A DNA stretch of 62,652 nt, filler included, from Rhabdomonas costata (lineage: Eukaryota): NCBI GenBank assembly GCA_019059605.1. It is 42 parts of 42 records of this genome, joined end to end, with 100 filler letters (N's around TTAATTAATTAA, not from the genome) between each part and the next. Parts side by side here need not be neighbours in the genome. Positions count along the whole stretch, not along the records: positions 13,452 to 14,845 come from JAHMHO010017211.1; positions 14,946 to 16,341 come from JAHMHO010017212.1; positions 16,442 to 17,835 come from JAHMHO010017213.1; positions 17,936 to 19,329 come from JAHMHO010017214.1; positions 19,430 to 20,823 come from JAHMHO010017215.1; positions 20,924 to 22,317 come from JAHMHO010017216.1; positions 22,418 to 23,811 come from JAHMHO010017217.1; positions 23,912 to 25,305 come from JAHMHO010017218.1; 34 more parts are not named here. One strand, given 5' to 3'. Shown here in pieces: positions 13,460 through 26,921 of this stretch (positions are counted from its first letter, which is position 1; each line of letters opens with the position of its first letter). The notes under the pieces are model-generated. The model was given only the letters and a program-made list of their open reading frames with translations. It did no database searches and was not told the origin of the DNA. Both the position numbers and the translations under genes were made by a program.

Positions 13460-14832
13460 GTGGGGGGTGTGTCCAGTCGTCGTCCAGCGGGGCCTCCTCA
13501 GGGAAGGCCGCAGAGGACGAAGGCTCGTCGGCGTCGAGAGGTGCAGGAGCAGATGCAGTGGTCGGGCCAGGCAGGGCCGGGGTACCCGCGAGGCTTCCTC
13601 TTCCTTCCTCTGCCGTTGCGCAGGCACATACCAGGGGGATGAGGATGGTGCGTGGAGGCGGTCGGAATGACGAGGTTTTTCTTGCGTTGTTTTTGCTCTT
13701 CATTGGACATCGTCTGAGTTTGATGCAGCAATATAGACTGCTGCTCAAAATTTTAATTCCGCAACACTGTCTCATAAGTTTCACACAAGAGCACATGGAG
13801 TTTGCCAAAGGGAGGCCACCAAGACAGTTTATCACCATCAGGCGCATCTTGTTCGAAATAACCAATCCCGCCCACCCAGCATTGCCACATATCGACAAAT
13901 CACACACGCCTGCCGAAGAATTCTGTGCGCTGGAGAGCAGGCGGGTGTGGTGGTTTCCCGCCACATGAGCTCTCGAGAACAGCTTCGGTCTCACGCAATG
14001 AGACGGCACGGACACCCCGCGCAGCCGCAGAAGGCGCCACGGGAAAGGCATGCCGACGGGGCAGGGGGGACGGATAAAGTACCCTGTACCCTGAGCTGTA
14101 AGCTAAGTTGTCAGCAACGCCAAAGAACCTCGCAGGGTCCCCTTTGTCCCAAACTTGCGAAAAGTACAACCATCACAGAAACTGAAACAGAAACTACCTG
14201 CGGGTGTGCAAACACAGCCCCCCAACCCCGCAACCGTATTTGTCGAAAAGCCACAGCTTCAGACTGAGAAACGCGGAAACGTCCAATGGAAAAGGCCACT
14301 AGCGCTCTTCTAGCGCCTTTCCAAACTCGTTAGCTACCCGATTTTCTTTCGTTCTACCCTGCCTCACGCGGGAAAAAACATCCACGAAAGCCGAAGCAGT
14401 TCCCGCAGAAGGAGGAGGTGCAATTGTTCCTTTGTGACCTCTCAGCCATACATCCCATTCTCTTCGAGTTCACAAACCGCGGCCAGGAGGAGAAATGCTC
14501 AGTCAATGTCCACCGCACCCAGCAGTGCACTGCGTGGAGCCCGGGCAAATGGAGAGGCGCCACCACTGGCACCAAAACTGGAACCAGCACTGGCACTGGC
14601 ACTGGCACTGGCACCCGCACGGGTGGCTCTCGCCTTGGGCTTCTCCTTCACGGGCTTCTCTCCGGAGTCCGACGCAGATTCCAGCTCGTCGATGTTGACC
14701 TCGTCCTCCCCCTCGAGGTCTCCCTGCAGGGCATCCAGCCATGCCATCTTGTGGCTGTCCTCCAGGCCGTCGTCGTACAGCAGCTCCTCATTGGTGGCGT
14801 CGTGCGCATAGGCCGGGCCGCGGGCAAACTTC
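13460..14832 (-). CDS. Hypothetical acidic/low-complexity protein exons
   Basis: GC3-rich exon from 14832: KFARGPAYAHDATNEELLYDDGLEDSHKMAWLDALQGDLEGEDEV...; second candidate exon about 13610-13460: EEGRGSLAGTPALP...PLDDDW. Confidence 0.5.
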
Positions 14833-15005
14833 CTGCACCCACAAANNNNNNNNNNNNNNNNNNNNNNNNNNNNNNNNNNNNNNNNNNNNTTAATTAATTA
14901 ANNNNNNNNNNNNNNNNNNNNNNNNNNNNNNNNNNNNNNNNNNNNCCCCCCCCCCCCAAAGAAAAAAGACTGCCAGGACAGGGAGATAAAGTCAATTGCT
15001 CCCAC

Positions 15006-15787
15006 CTGGTGAAAGTAGCGGAGGTTGTAGAACAGCCTGCGGTTTGGGTTGAACGCCCTCACGGGACTGTCCTTGTCCACAAAAAGTACCTAAAGGAAAA
15101 AACCACAAATGACAAGACGGGAGGCCCAATCACGTGCTGGTCAAGCCCAACGAAACAACGCCATATCGGGACCACGGAGGAGATAGGAACATCAGCATCC
15201 CTTTCGGACAAAACCAATGGACCGAGCGAGAAAAAACGCAACCGACAAAGAGAGATTTCCAGGGCACACCATTTGGTTTTCGTCCAGTCCAAATACGGAG
15301 CCGATCATCCTGAGTTGGCGGGTAGAGGAGGGGAGAAAGCCACCTTCAAGATCAGGGATCTCAAAGGGAAGCAAAAAAATATACAGGAGGCGTTCGAGCC
15401 AACTTCAGCCAAAAACATGGCACAGAGGCATCAAAATGGAGCACGCCCTTTGGATCCAAAGCACAAAGGATTTGGGGGATGATAGTCAGAAAACGGCCTG
15501 CGCTTTCTTTTGGCTTTTACCTACACAAACGCAAAGCTGTGCGCTGTGGTGCCCTGGGGAACGGCAAATACCGAAGCCCGTGTGCGCATCATGCCATGGC
15601 CCGCACTCATATTTATACGTTGCGACTTTTTTTTTGCACCCCTTGCCCGAAAGCTGGGTGCCTTTGTATGGTTTTCCAAATCAGTTGGGAAGTCACAACC
15701 TGATGATTTCCGCAAAATCCACCGCAGCAGCCTCGTACTCCGGGGTTAGCGGCTCGACCCCGTAGAGGGCGAACCCGTTGTACGTCC
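15006..15787 (-). CDS. Hypothetical protein exons; one resembles the C-terminus of fungal-type DUF3684/HATPase proteins
   Basis: Exon 15089-15006 reads VLFVDKDSPVRAFNPNRRLFYNLRYFHQ (AFN...F.NLRYF motif); candidate exon 15787-15723 reads GTYNGFALYGVEPLTPEYEAAA. Confidence 0.4.
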
Positions 15788-16043
15788 CTGTTTAGAAGAA
15801 GATTGCAGAGGCAGGGGAGAAAGGAAGGAAGAAAAGGCAAGCGGGATGGGCAATGATGGCACGGACTGTCGCACTTCTTCAGACGTGCCTATGAGGAACA
15901 AATATATACTGCGAGAGCCACTTGCTCTAAAAGGACAAGCAAGGTTTCCAAATGTCAGTCGGTTGCCCTTCCGAGCACGGGTCTGCTGTTCTAAACTCCG
16001 CGGTCACTGCTGACCGGAGTTGCAGGTTGTTGGTCGTTGCAAC

Positions 16044-16232
16044 CTTCCCCGGACCCAATCTGTGGAGCAAACAGGGAATATATACACCTATGCACGGTCC
16101 CATCGTGGCAAAGAGTCAGAGAGAGAGAGAGAGAAAGAGAGCTTCCCCGGACCCAATCTGTGGAGCAAACAGGGAATATATACACCTATGCACGGTCCCA
16201 TCGTGGCAAAGAGTCAGAGAGAGAGAGAGAGA
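16044..16232. repeat. Tandem duplication, 98-nt period, each copy ending in (AG)n
   Basis: CTTCCCCGGACCCAATCTGTGG...GGCAAAGAGTCAGAGAGAG occurs identically at 16044 and 16142. Confidence 0.95.
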
Positions 16233-16476
16233 GCGAGAGGCGCCGGCCCAACCTAACCCAAACGGAGAAAAGTGCTCGATTACTCCCAAGACCAACGCCA
16301 ACCACCCTCCAGGGTCAGAGAAAAGCAGCAACCAATGTGATNNNNNNNNNNNNNNNNNNNNNNNNNNNNNNNNNNNNNNNNNNNNTTAATTAATTAANNN
16401 NNNNNNNNNNNNNNNNNNNNNNNNNNNNNNNNNNNNNNNNNAGGTTCCCCCCTGCATGATCTGCTTTTTTGCTCAG

Positions 16477-16976
16477 GTATCAGCCCGGAGACTTTTGAGG
16501 AAGTTAAGCAGAAGCTGATGGAAGCTGAGGTGTGTGTGTCTCCGTCATCCATTGCACTGTGATTGACGGTCTCATCTGAGTTCTATTAGGTCACCTTGTT
16601 TTCGCTACCTCATTGCCAGACTCTGTCACCCCTTTACATGTGTGTATGTATTTTGCAGCGCCGCATTGACGAGGCCCAGAAGGAGGGACGCCAGCTGATG
16701 GTCGAGGACTTAGTCAGCGGGGTGTGTGCTCCTGATTGCTAATTTTTTCTCATCTCATTGCAGACCTTTGCAACCGCATTGGTTTGCCTCAGGGATGGAT
16801 GGCTCTCTCAGAAGTGCATGCTGGATGTATGTGCATTATGCGCTTTCTCTTCCGTCTCTCTTCCTCAGCGTGGGTCTAAGGCCAGCAATGAAGCTGCTAC
16901 CGCTGCAGCCAGCGGTACTTCGAGTTCCGCACCTGCCCGCAAGCGCCCCAAGAAAGCTCACCAGGAAACGAGCTGA
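16477..16976 (+). CDS. C-terminal three exons of a hypothetical protein with a basic NLS-like tail
   Basis: Exons 16477-16529, 16659-16721 and 16869-16976 splice in phase: ISPETFEEVKQKLMEAE/RRIDEAQKEGRQLMVEDLVSG/RGSK...ARKRPKKAHQETS-stop. Confidence 0.75.
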
Positions 16977-17944
16977 GACTTGGGCAGCCTGAGCTGATTT
17001 GTGTCTTTTAGGAAGTGCCCTGTGCCCCCCCCCCATTCTAAGATACCCCAATGCTTTGGACTCACTCGGACTCTCGCCCTCGTAAGGACGTGTGTGTGTG
17101 TGCCGTACTCTGCTGTCACTGACATTCACTGTCACTGGATTCTGTACATCAACAGCCCTCAGGAGTACCTCGACTTTGGATGGAAGGACTTTGGAAGGAA
17201 GCGTTTCGAGGAATACATACTTGGGCAAGATCACCATCGTCGCACATGCAATGCGTCTGCCAGGGTAGTGTCACGCAGGAAGGTTTATTCAAATGGGCAA
17301 ACAGACATATGCCTGGAAGCGCAATGTGTGCTCATTTTGCGTTGGAGTTGACCCTATCCTCTGATATTGTTTTCTTCCCCAAATTTCGAGTTGCGCTGTT
17401 CGAGTTTGCGACTCCGGGCACACAATTCGTGGTGCGGCTGTGAAGAATCGGCATGGCGCTGCCATTATTTTTCGACCTGCCCCCCCCCCCTTATCCGCCC
17501 TTCATCTCAAGTGCTGGGCAAATTGGGGCTCCTTAAAACAGGAAAGTCCTTGAGGGACATTACTCACTCAAGCTGCCGTTTCACCCTGCTACGGAACGGG
17601 AAACCATTTCCGAAACGCGGTTTGAAGGCTGAAAAGCGCTGAAGCCCTTCGGTCGAAAATAGTTATAACACGTCGCTGCTGAACAGCTTTGTCACGAGGG
17701 CTGAATCTTGCAACCAGAGTAGCCGACGCCTGCTGTATCATTGGGTGTCTGCTTCCCTGTGAGGATGTTTCCTTCCTCAGCCTTTCTTCTCTAAATGCTC
17801 ACGGGGAAGCAGACACCCAATGATACCACACACAANNNNNNNNNNNNNNNNNNNNNNNNNNNNNNNNNNNNNNNNNNNNTTAATTAATTAANNNNNNNNN
17901 NNNNNNNNNNNNNNNNNNNNNNNNNNNNNNNNNNNGGGGGTGGG

Positions 17945-18933
17945 GCTCGGGACAAAGAGTGGTTCATCGGAGCCACGGCGGATCCCAGCCCAATGTTCTC
18001 GTATGTGTACCGTAATGTGGTGCTTGGGATGCCCACGATGATTTCGCTTTCCACGGCGGTGCGAGGTTCCGGCCAAGCTGTTGAGGCGGTGATTTCTGTG
18101 GGCTACCTCTTCTCCACGCTGACCACGGAGCTCACGGCGGCACACCGGGAGCTGCGCAGCTCGGGCATGGTTCTGCTGATGGAGCAGGTGCTCGATCCTA
18201 TGACACATGCGTGCATGTGTAGTGTCAGCGGTTTATGCTTCGTTTCCTTCGGGATTTGCGGTTTGGTGTTTGGTGCCTTTGTTCTAGCGGTTGCAGAACG
18301 ATATGGGTTTTGTGGCTGTAGGATTCCGGAGCACCTCCGCCTAAAAACAAACGAGGAAGCATGCTCACCACGTTTTGTTTGCCAGTATCTGACCTTGGTT
18401 TGCACACCGAACCTGCACAGGATTCTGGGGCGCTCATTGCCTCGGCCACCGCTCACCCCAGCAGCCTTGACGCGGACGCCGCTGAGGTACAACAGCTTTT
18501 GAAGGCCACTGCTTTGTCCACTGACACCCCCAGCGCCACTGCTGTTACAGAGAATCGCACAGACATCGTGGGTGTGAAGCGCTGCAGCCTACAGACGTTC
18601 GGAGACTCCGTGGTGGTGCAAGGCGTGCTGGCCTTCACTCAGGCTCGAGGGCTGCGGTGGAAGCTGGTTGTGGTTCTTCCGGACTCAGACTACTACTCTC
18701 AGATCTGGCGGGTGAACGGGGTGGCTGGGGCGGAGGCTGGCACGGTTCTTGGTGTGTTTGCGGTGACAGTGGCGGTGTTGGCGCACGTGCTGGTGACTCG
18801 GCCGCTTCGGATGCTGACGCGGCAGGTGGACCGGCTTCGGGAGACCCTGCTCTCGGGGAGTGTGCCGGTTGGCTTTCGGGGCGCCTCTCTCAGCATGGCT
18901 CCGCTCGCGGAGAGGAGTTTCATCTCGCAGGAG
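17945..18933 (+). CDS. Membrane sensor: Cache-like domain + TM + HAMP-like linker
   Basis: Exons ...-18187 and 18421-18933: EWF...SYVYRNVVLGMPTMISLSTAV...VLLMEQ/DSGALIAS...GLRWKLVVVLPDSDYYSQI, then a hydrophobic helix, then VTRPLRMLTRQV. Confidence 0.8.
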
Positions 18934-19433
18934 GTTGGGCTCCCGAGAAGGGCTTCCAGCTTGAGTGCACTCTGGTGCTCTGGATGGGTGAATGGGCGCT
19001 CTGCCTGACTTCTCCATTCATGAGCGTAGTTTCACTCTTCAATGTTTGTAGTGTCCCTCAACAAAGTTTTCAATAATCGTAGCTGAAAGTGGTATTGCTC
19101 GGTCCATGTGGGGGGAAAATGCAAGGATGGATTTTGTTGGGTTTCGAACGGAACTCCCCTGACTCTTGTCTAAACAAGTTGACGTTGTAACGATCGTAAT
19201 GGCGTGCCTCACCTGCAACACATGGTGTCATAATTCGCTGGGGATTTGCTCTAACTCATTTTGTCCCAGACGAGACGTCAGTTCGAACTAGGCATGGTAG
19301 CCACGTCTGATGCTGATGCCACCAACCCCNNNNNNNNNNNNNNNNNNNNNNNNNNNNNNNNNNNNNNNNNNNNTTAATTAATTAANNNNNNNNNNNNNNN
19401 NNNNNNNNNNNNNNNNNNNNNNNNNNNNNTTGT

Positions 19434-20362
19434 TTGTGGTCCTGTACCACCAGGGCCACTACCACGAGGCCATGGAGCTGTTCAGCGATGCTCTGCGGCA
19501 GGCCACGTCGTGCTTTAAAAGGCACCCGTCCCACCCATACACAAACTGAGGTTGCTATGACGTTGAGACCGCACACCCAGCCTGAACAAACGGTTTGCTG
19601 TGATCGCAGGCTTTCGCTGTGGAGGAGACGGGAAACGACTGATATGAAATAAAGCAGGTTACACCGTACACCGTGAAGAAAGAACTTACGGTTTGAAGGT
19701 TAAAACAGAATATCCAACGCCGAAAAAGGCCACCCATTGAAACTCACGATGAAAAAACTTCATACCGGAAGTCGTTGCGCACTATTCTCTTACTTTGGGG
19801 TGTTACTTGCTTTAATTCAAGAGAAGCATATGGAGCGCGGATTGGAGGGCATCGCGTCACATTACATGCAGGTATATAAGTAGAGTTTTTCCTTCCGATG
19901 CCGGCACCCAGCCCTCTCCCCAGCCCTTCGTTCAAAAAATTCGTCATTTGAACCGTTGCTTCGAAGGGCATGCTGGGATTCCGTGTACCCATGTGCATGG
20001 GGTGGAGGGTAACAAGGGGATCCCGAGTGACAAGAGGCCTGTCAAAAGAAGAAAGAAAAGAAGAAAGAAGTGATATCACAGTGAAAAGCAAGGCGTGCCC
20101 ACGAGCGTGTCTGACGCTCAGCTACAAATTCCCGTTGAACTCTTGATTAACTGACTGACTGACTGACTGACTGACTGCCTGACTGCCTGATTGACTGACT
20201 GACTGATGGATGAATTCCCCGCGCAGCATGGCGGAGATCTCGGACAGTGGGAAGATGCTGCTCTCCAACCTGTATAACCGCCGCGCTGCGGCCGCCAACA
20301 AGGTCCAGAACTACGCCCAGGTGATCAGCGACGCCCGGGAGATGGTCGCTCTGGGTTTCCAG
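19434..20362 (+). CDS. TPR-repeat protein, two exons
   Basis: VVLYHQGHYHEAMELFSDAL(R) ends at 19497; exon 20227-20362 reads MAEISDSGKMLLSNLYNRRAAAANKVQNYAQVISDAREMV. The in-phase join uses a GC donor. Confidence 0.8.
20150..20205. repeat. (ACTG)n microsatellite
   Basis: Imperfect GACT tandem run in an intron. Confidence 0.9.
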
Positions 20363-23300
20363 GCATGGGGACTCTCCCCGCGCAGCCACACGCACTTGTG
20401 TTGGGTGATATTTGTTTTTCTTTCTTTTTTTGAAGAGGTCATTTTTTGGTGTGGTGAGGTGGCGTGGCAGAGTTAGGGGAGGGTGGTGAGGTGGCGTGGC
20501 AGAGTTGGAGGGAGGAGCTGAGATATTTTTTTCAGGAAGTTTTTTTTTGGCCAACCTCCAACTTAGGGAGGGGGGTGCTGCGGATCTCGGCCTTGGTTGA
20601 TTCCAACCAAGCCCCCCTCTCACTTTCTCTCGCGCAAATACCGTGGATCTTGGGCCCAAGACATGCAAGAAAAGACGTGGGGACGCTGGCATCGCCACCT
20701 AACTCCGCCCTTATACACTGTGGTGATCTGGGTGAGCGTGCATCGCCACCCAACCCCACACAAGACACTGTGCATCTGGGGAAGTGTGCATCGCCACCTA
20801 CCCCGGCCCAAATAACCCCACAANNNNNNNNNNNNNNNNNNNNNNNNNNNNNNNNNNNNNNNNNNNNTTAATTAATTAANNNNNNNNNNNNNNNNNNNNN
20901 NNNNNNNNNNNNNNNNNNNNNNNGGTTTTGTTGGCAAAATGATGTGATCCTTGGGCGTCCGGTTCCCATCGGCGCCGGGTGCGGGTGCAGCGGTGCGTAC
21001 TGGGATTGCGCAGCGCATGTCCGGTGGCCTTATGTCGCACGTAGCAGACCCTGCAAGGATCACATCATTTTGCCAACCAAACCAAAAAACCTCCCTAAAA
21101 GAAATTTCAGAATAATCGAAGAGATATACTAAACGAAGCCATGAAAAAATGCCTCACGAACTATTCCCTTGGTTTTCACTCTATTCTGCTTCTTTTTGTA
21201 TGCAGAGTCTTTCTGTAAACGGCTCTCCGAACGGCAGAAAAGACACATTTCAAGCACTCCCTCAGATTTAACTATGCAGTCCTCGGCCTCCGAGAGGTCT
21301 TACTTGCCGGCATTTCGTGAGCATCTCTTTGGGGTTTGAAGGACTGCTTCGAAAGGGCAGTTCGATGTTTTGGGGGAGGGGGGGGGTAATAGCGGGTTAA
21401 TAGCGTTTAACAACAAACTTGGATGATTTTACAGCTCATATTTGCTCCCTTTTCCACACGTTTGGACACTATTGGAATCTGGAGAGTTTTTCTTTTGATA
21501 AAGGGATGCACTATGCTGCAACCGTTGATGAGGAGTCATTCATCTGTGAAAGATTGCACAGGGAAACCTCGTCTGCCCAAAAACAGGCCGGCGTCCTATG
21601 TCGTCAGAACTGTTGCGCTGCCTGCGGTGGCTCGGGACACTCACCCAGCAATCGCGCTTGGCCGCAATGGTTCCCTTTTCTTGGTCTTTCCCCGGGGGTG
21701 CCGCTTGGACAGCCCTCGCCTTCAACAAATTACATGTGGTCATCAACCGTTCGTTTCCAGCCAGAATCAATATGTGGCTTCAGCTATTGTCCGAACCGAG
21801 TTATCCGGTTAAGGTCTACCCCAACGGTTGAAGCGGGACCTGACAGGTCCTTTCTAAACTTGGGAGCACTGAAACCTTAATTTAACATTAATTTTTGATT
21901 GCACTCAGAAAAGAAGATTCTTTCAAGGATGCCGGGTTACACGTTTTGTGTGGATGAAAACTCGACCCTGGTTCCGCTTCTCTTTCTCTTCTCACTTCCA
22001 GCAGTTCTCTATTTTTTCATCTAACTGAATTATGAAAAGATGGAGCGGCGGAGAAAGTAGTGGAGTGCTTTGGTTTAAGAACATTCGGGATTTCCGGTTC
22101 TCATTTGTAAATTTTTTTTTGCGTGTTTGCAGAGCCGAGGTTATGAAACGTGCCGAATCCTGGAAGAAGAACTGGACTGGTTTGAAGAGAAAAAACCTTC
22201 AGCATGCAAATATATTCCCTCCGCGATGCTCGTCAAACAAAGGTTTTCCTTTGTCAATCTTTGATAACCCGAAACAACACCCCTTGGGTACCTCGGCGCT
22301 TCAAGTTCATCACTTCCNNNNNNNNNNNNNNNNNNNNNNNNNNNNNNNNNNNNNNNNNNNNTTAATTAATTAANNNNNNNNNNNNNNNNNNNNNNNNNNN
22401 NNNNNNNNNNNNNNNNNCCTGGGCACAGAGGTACATCGAGGAAGAAAAAGACGGGAAGGACTTGAGAAAAAGAGGAAGCAGAGAAGGGGGAGGGGTGCGA
22501 AAGAGAATCAACAGCAGAGCAGAGCGTGGGAACACGGACTGTCGTAACCTGCAACCGAGAATTGCAACTGACAAACCCACGGGGACAGCATTTAACTGAT
22601 GTGACCATTGGGGAGACCAACTCTCCATCGCTGGTCACGTTCTGACCGAGCGACGAAGGAACAGTGGGCAAGGAGTCATTTGAATTGATATACCGACCAT
22701 TTTCTTTTGCTGTCTGCCAGTTATGAAGGGAACCAGAACCGTCCATCACTGCCAACCGTCTCCTGTTTTTTTTTTGCGAATCCTCCACCCTAATCTAGAG
22801 GTGATCCCAGGATCAGTGTCTTGCCTGGCCCCGATCCCCGACAGCTCGAAATTTCTGCAGTTCTCCATCGCAGTTGTCGGCCCTCGTAGACATTAGAAGG
22901 AAGGGGATAGAGAGAGGTGCATCTGAACATGGGAACGAGGATGGGCGAAAGATTGGGGGAGGCCCAGATGCCCCGTGTGCAGCCCCAAAACAACCCCAAA
23001 GGTACCCTCTCTCCCCTCCAAGAGAATGCAGTAGAAATAGAAACAGAGATAGAACCCATCGGTCATCGGTCGGGAAGAGGGGCTGCGCCAGTATCAATCC
23101 CGTGCGTTGAAGGAGAAAAATCCCGAGAGCGCAGCAAGCCCCCGAAAGCAATTGGTAAGACATAGGAAGGAGAAGGGCAGATTCTCGATCCCGCAGAGAG
23201 GCCAAGGGTGCTTCTTATTTGCTCGTGGGGACGACCGGAGCCATGTCGGGGGATTTCAGGGCTTGAGGTAGATTGCGAGGGTGCCGGGGTCGTAGATGAA

Positions 23301-26300
23301 GTACAGTGGGTGGCGACGCGCAAACCGGACAAGGTCTCCCCGGGCGGGCAAGGGAAGGAGGTCAGGGCTCTCGACGTTTTGAGGAAGGCTGTGTGGTAGG
23401 GATTCGTGCGTGTTGCCTTGCTGAAAACGAATTACCGGCACCAGAAAAGGACAAGGTGAGGAACCCACCCAGAGGGTCTCTAATTCCGCTCCCAATCACA
23501 CGAACAAAAAGGCACAAGACAGATCCTTGGGGCTAGATCGTCGCTGGGAGGATTAGGGCCAATTATTAGACTTTGATGTTGAGGATCCCTTGGCAGTATT
23601 ATCCGGTAGGTTAGCCCGCTACTGGAAGCATCCGGGACGGAATACCCCCAAGCACCTGGGATCCTGCAGGGATTCTATTTTCTTTCAGCCGAAGGAGCCT
23701 AAGCAAGCGCTAACAAAACCAGGAAAATCACATTTCATAAGATTCCCTATACGAATAAAAGGGGAATGCCATGAGCAGGACGTTATAAGAAGAAACATTA
23801 AACAACCAAAANNNNNNNNNNNNNNNNNNNNNNNNNNNNNNNNNNNNNNNNNNNNTTAATTAATTAANNNNNNNNNNNNNNNNNNNNNNNNNNNNNNNNN
23901 NNNNNNNNNNNGGTGTTGGGGTCTGAGCAAAAGCAGTAATCAGTATGTGCGTACTTACTGGTGAATGGGCTTTGATGGCAAACTTTCCTTTTTGTTCAGC
24001 CGCTGTACAGAATACAAGGATGCAAGAATACAAGGAAGCTTCTGTACAGCGGCTGAACAAAAAGGAAAGTTTGCCATCAAAGCCCATTCACCAGTAAGTA
24101 CGCACATACTGATTACTGCTTTTGCTCAGACTCCAACACGCGAGCAATCAGCTGCTGGTAGCGTTCCGGAATAACGCGAGTGGAAAGAAGATGGGCCAGG
24201 GACGAGGCAGCAATGGAATGAGATTCTGGCAGCGACCTGCGGGAACGCAAACACACACCCGTGTCACGTCGCACTGTGCCCAACATTGATAGACCCCACG
24301 AAACGGTGGTAAATAAAGACCCACAAATCATTTAGCCTTAGAGGGGGCTTCGCCCCCACCGCGACCCTACCCGACAGATTCAAAAATTTAGTATTTTTCT
24401 ATCGAACATTTTCTATCGAACATCTTCGCTCTGAAAAACCAGGGTGTGGCTGGGCGGAAGGCCTGCCTACCCCAAAATCTGGACACCGCCCGATCTGGGG
24501 CGCCCTGCTAAGTATTAACTGGGTCCTGCATTTTTTCCTTTATGCCACCATTCAATTAGGTTCATTTCTCAGGTTACTTCGCTTTCTCTCCTTTTCCTTC
24601 GTGTGCATTGGCATAGACTCCTTCAGTTCCAGTCACCCCACCAGTCGTGTGCTCGAAGGGGGCAAACGACTAGTAGTTCCGTGATCCGCGGAAATAAACG
24701 GTAGCAGCCGAGGGCACAGAGCAGACAAACACCCAAGCAATAGCCAACAAAAGTGCATGCACACACACCCGATCACTTTCTCCAGGGTGTACCGACTGAA
24801 GGTGACAGGATGGCTGGACCGGAGGTGCTCATTCGTTGGGATCGCACTGTGGAACAGTCGCAGACATACGTCCTCGTCCTCCGCGGAAGAAATGACCGCT
24901 TTCGTCACAGTGGCCTGCAAGCCCCACAGTACAGTGTCACAAGGTGCACGCAAAAAGTCAATCTTGCTCCAGTGTGTGTGTGTGCGCGTGTGCACCCCTG
25001 ACGAAGTTTGTCCTTTTTTGATTTTCCGTGGTCTTTCCCGCGGACTAGAACAGTGTGTAGGCGGGGGGGCACCCGGTAATCGTGGAACCAGCAAAACTTT
25101 GTAAACCGTGATCGCCCAGCAACAAACTGCTCCAACCACGGACCCCTCTTGTGTAGGTGAGAGTTACATGGGAACGCGTCGCTGTTCAACACCTGGCCTG
25201 GCAATTAAGCCAGTTGAATGGCTGCAGAATGTAAGGCCCACTATCCTTCCAGTACCCCCACCCACCACCCGATTCCCACCAAACCCACCCAAACACACCC
25301 ACCACNNNNNNNNNNNNNNNNNNNNNNNNNNNNNNNNNNNNNNNNNNNNTTAATTAATTAANNNNNNNNNNNNNNNNNNNNNNNNNNNNNNNNNNNNNNN
25401 NNNNNCTTCACTACTTGTGTGCAGAGATGTGCTGCGCGTCTGCATGGGTGGGTGGGTGCCCCACTGCGTCAGGGTGTGGAGAGCTCATTAGGCTGAGCAA
25501 GACACGGGTTGACCTCGCTCCCTGGCACTCATCGGGCGGTAACTGGGGGAAGGTCCACAGCGGTTCGCTGGAAAGGCCCCGCTGGACTCTTTGAGGTGGT
25601 CACTTAGAAAATAGTGCTCTGCGGAAGATATACAAAGCATGTCAACGCAACCTTCAGACAACTTGGCACACAAGTCGTGAGCGGATCAGCAAAGGCGACC
25701 CAAAAGGCCATTCATATAAATGCATCGACAGCTTTGCGCTTAACCCGTCTTAACCCGTCTCTTGTGCTACATTTCTTCATTGTGGTACTGAATGGGCAAA
25801 AACTGACTCTCATTTGCTCACAACGCATCCAAAGAAGTCCGTCGGTTCTTGCACGCTTTCTTTACTCCTTGCTCCGGCAAGATTAACACGGCAGCAACGA
25901 GAAAATAGCACTCAGGATGACCTGCCTTGCGAACGGCACTGGGGCAGCTGTTGCTGCGGAGCTGCCGGTGCGGCGCAGCTGTGGGAGTGGAGGCATCAAA
26001 TCGGGTGTGATTGTTGGACGGAGCCCAGAAGGCGCTCCGCCCACGCAAGGACATTGCACAAGTAGTCGCGAAAGAAAAAAGCACCTGCCGGAAAAAGCAC
26101 CCTGTTCAACCAAAACGAAGACTTGTATGCTGACCGGCAGACCAAGAGCTGGCGGTCCCCCTCCTGGCAGATCCCCTTCACGAGACTGGAGGGCGGACGA
26201 GGGTGCCCAACAGAAAGCTGAAGTCGAGAATCACAGCTTTCTGAATAGGATCCGTCGATGTACATGGGGTCTGGCGAAACTGGGTCGACCCACACCCACA

Positions 26301-26921
26301 CCATACCCATGACCCAAACACGTCCATCTGCGGAAGCATTACAGTAGGACAAAGGACAGCACCCCCCCCCCAGAGGATTCTTGATGATCAACCTGATTAT
26401 TGCTCTGAATTTCGGTCCTCTGGAGGTTGGGGGGGGGGGGGACGGGTACCAGAGTCCGATGAAGTAATAAAGCCAAAAAAAGCATTTGGAGTCAGAAATA
26501 CAATCGTGCAAAGGAAAGCTCAGGCGAAGAAGCCAAAAGTAACAATAAAAAGTTCCGTTCAGCGGGGGAAGGGGTGAACCTGAAGGACGGTCCACGGCCC
26601 TCCCACTAGTGCACAAAATAAATCACAATGGAAGGCAACGCTGCACAAGGGTATCGACAGTCGGGGATGGAGTGGACAACAAAGAGCACGAACACATGAA
26701 CACAGAGAGAATGAGAGAGAGAGACGACGGAGGGGACGGAGGAGACGCCACCGGAGAGTTTGCTGACAAAATGAAAAAAAAAAAGGAAGTGAGCAGNNNN
26801 NNNNNNNNNNNNNNNNNNNNNNNNNNNNNNNNNNNNNNNNTTAATTAATTAANNNNNNNNNNNNNNNNNNNNNNNNNNNNNNNNNNNNNNNNNNNNGTGG
26901 TGGGTGTGTTTGGTGGGTTGC

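Noticed and set aside
22418-23811. Several short ORFs here, and similarly in 25406-26796, 40344-41737 and 46320-47713
   Set aside because: No recognisable motifs or in-phase exon chains; left unannotated.
23913-24139. Near-perfect hairpin with arms of about 100 nt (candidate miRNA precursor or MITE)
   Set aside because: One arm abuts the contig end, the pattern of a self-priming amplification fold-back.
24786-24943. AG/GT-bounded candidate exon
   Set aside because: Two frames are open, with no recognisable motif or partner exon to fix the phase.
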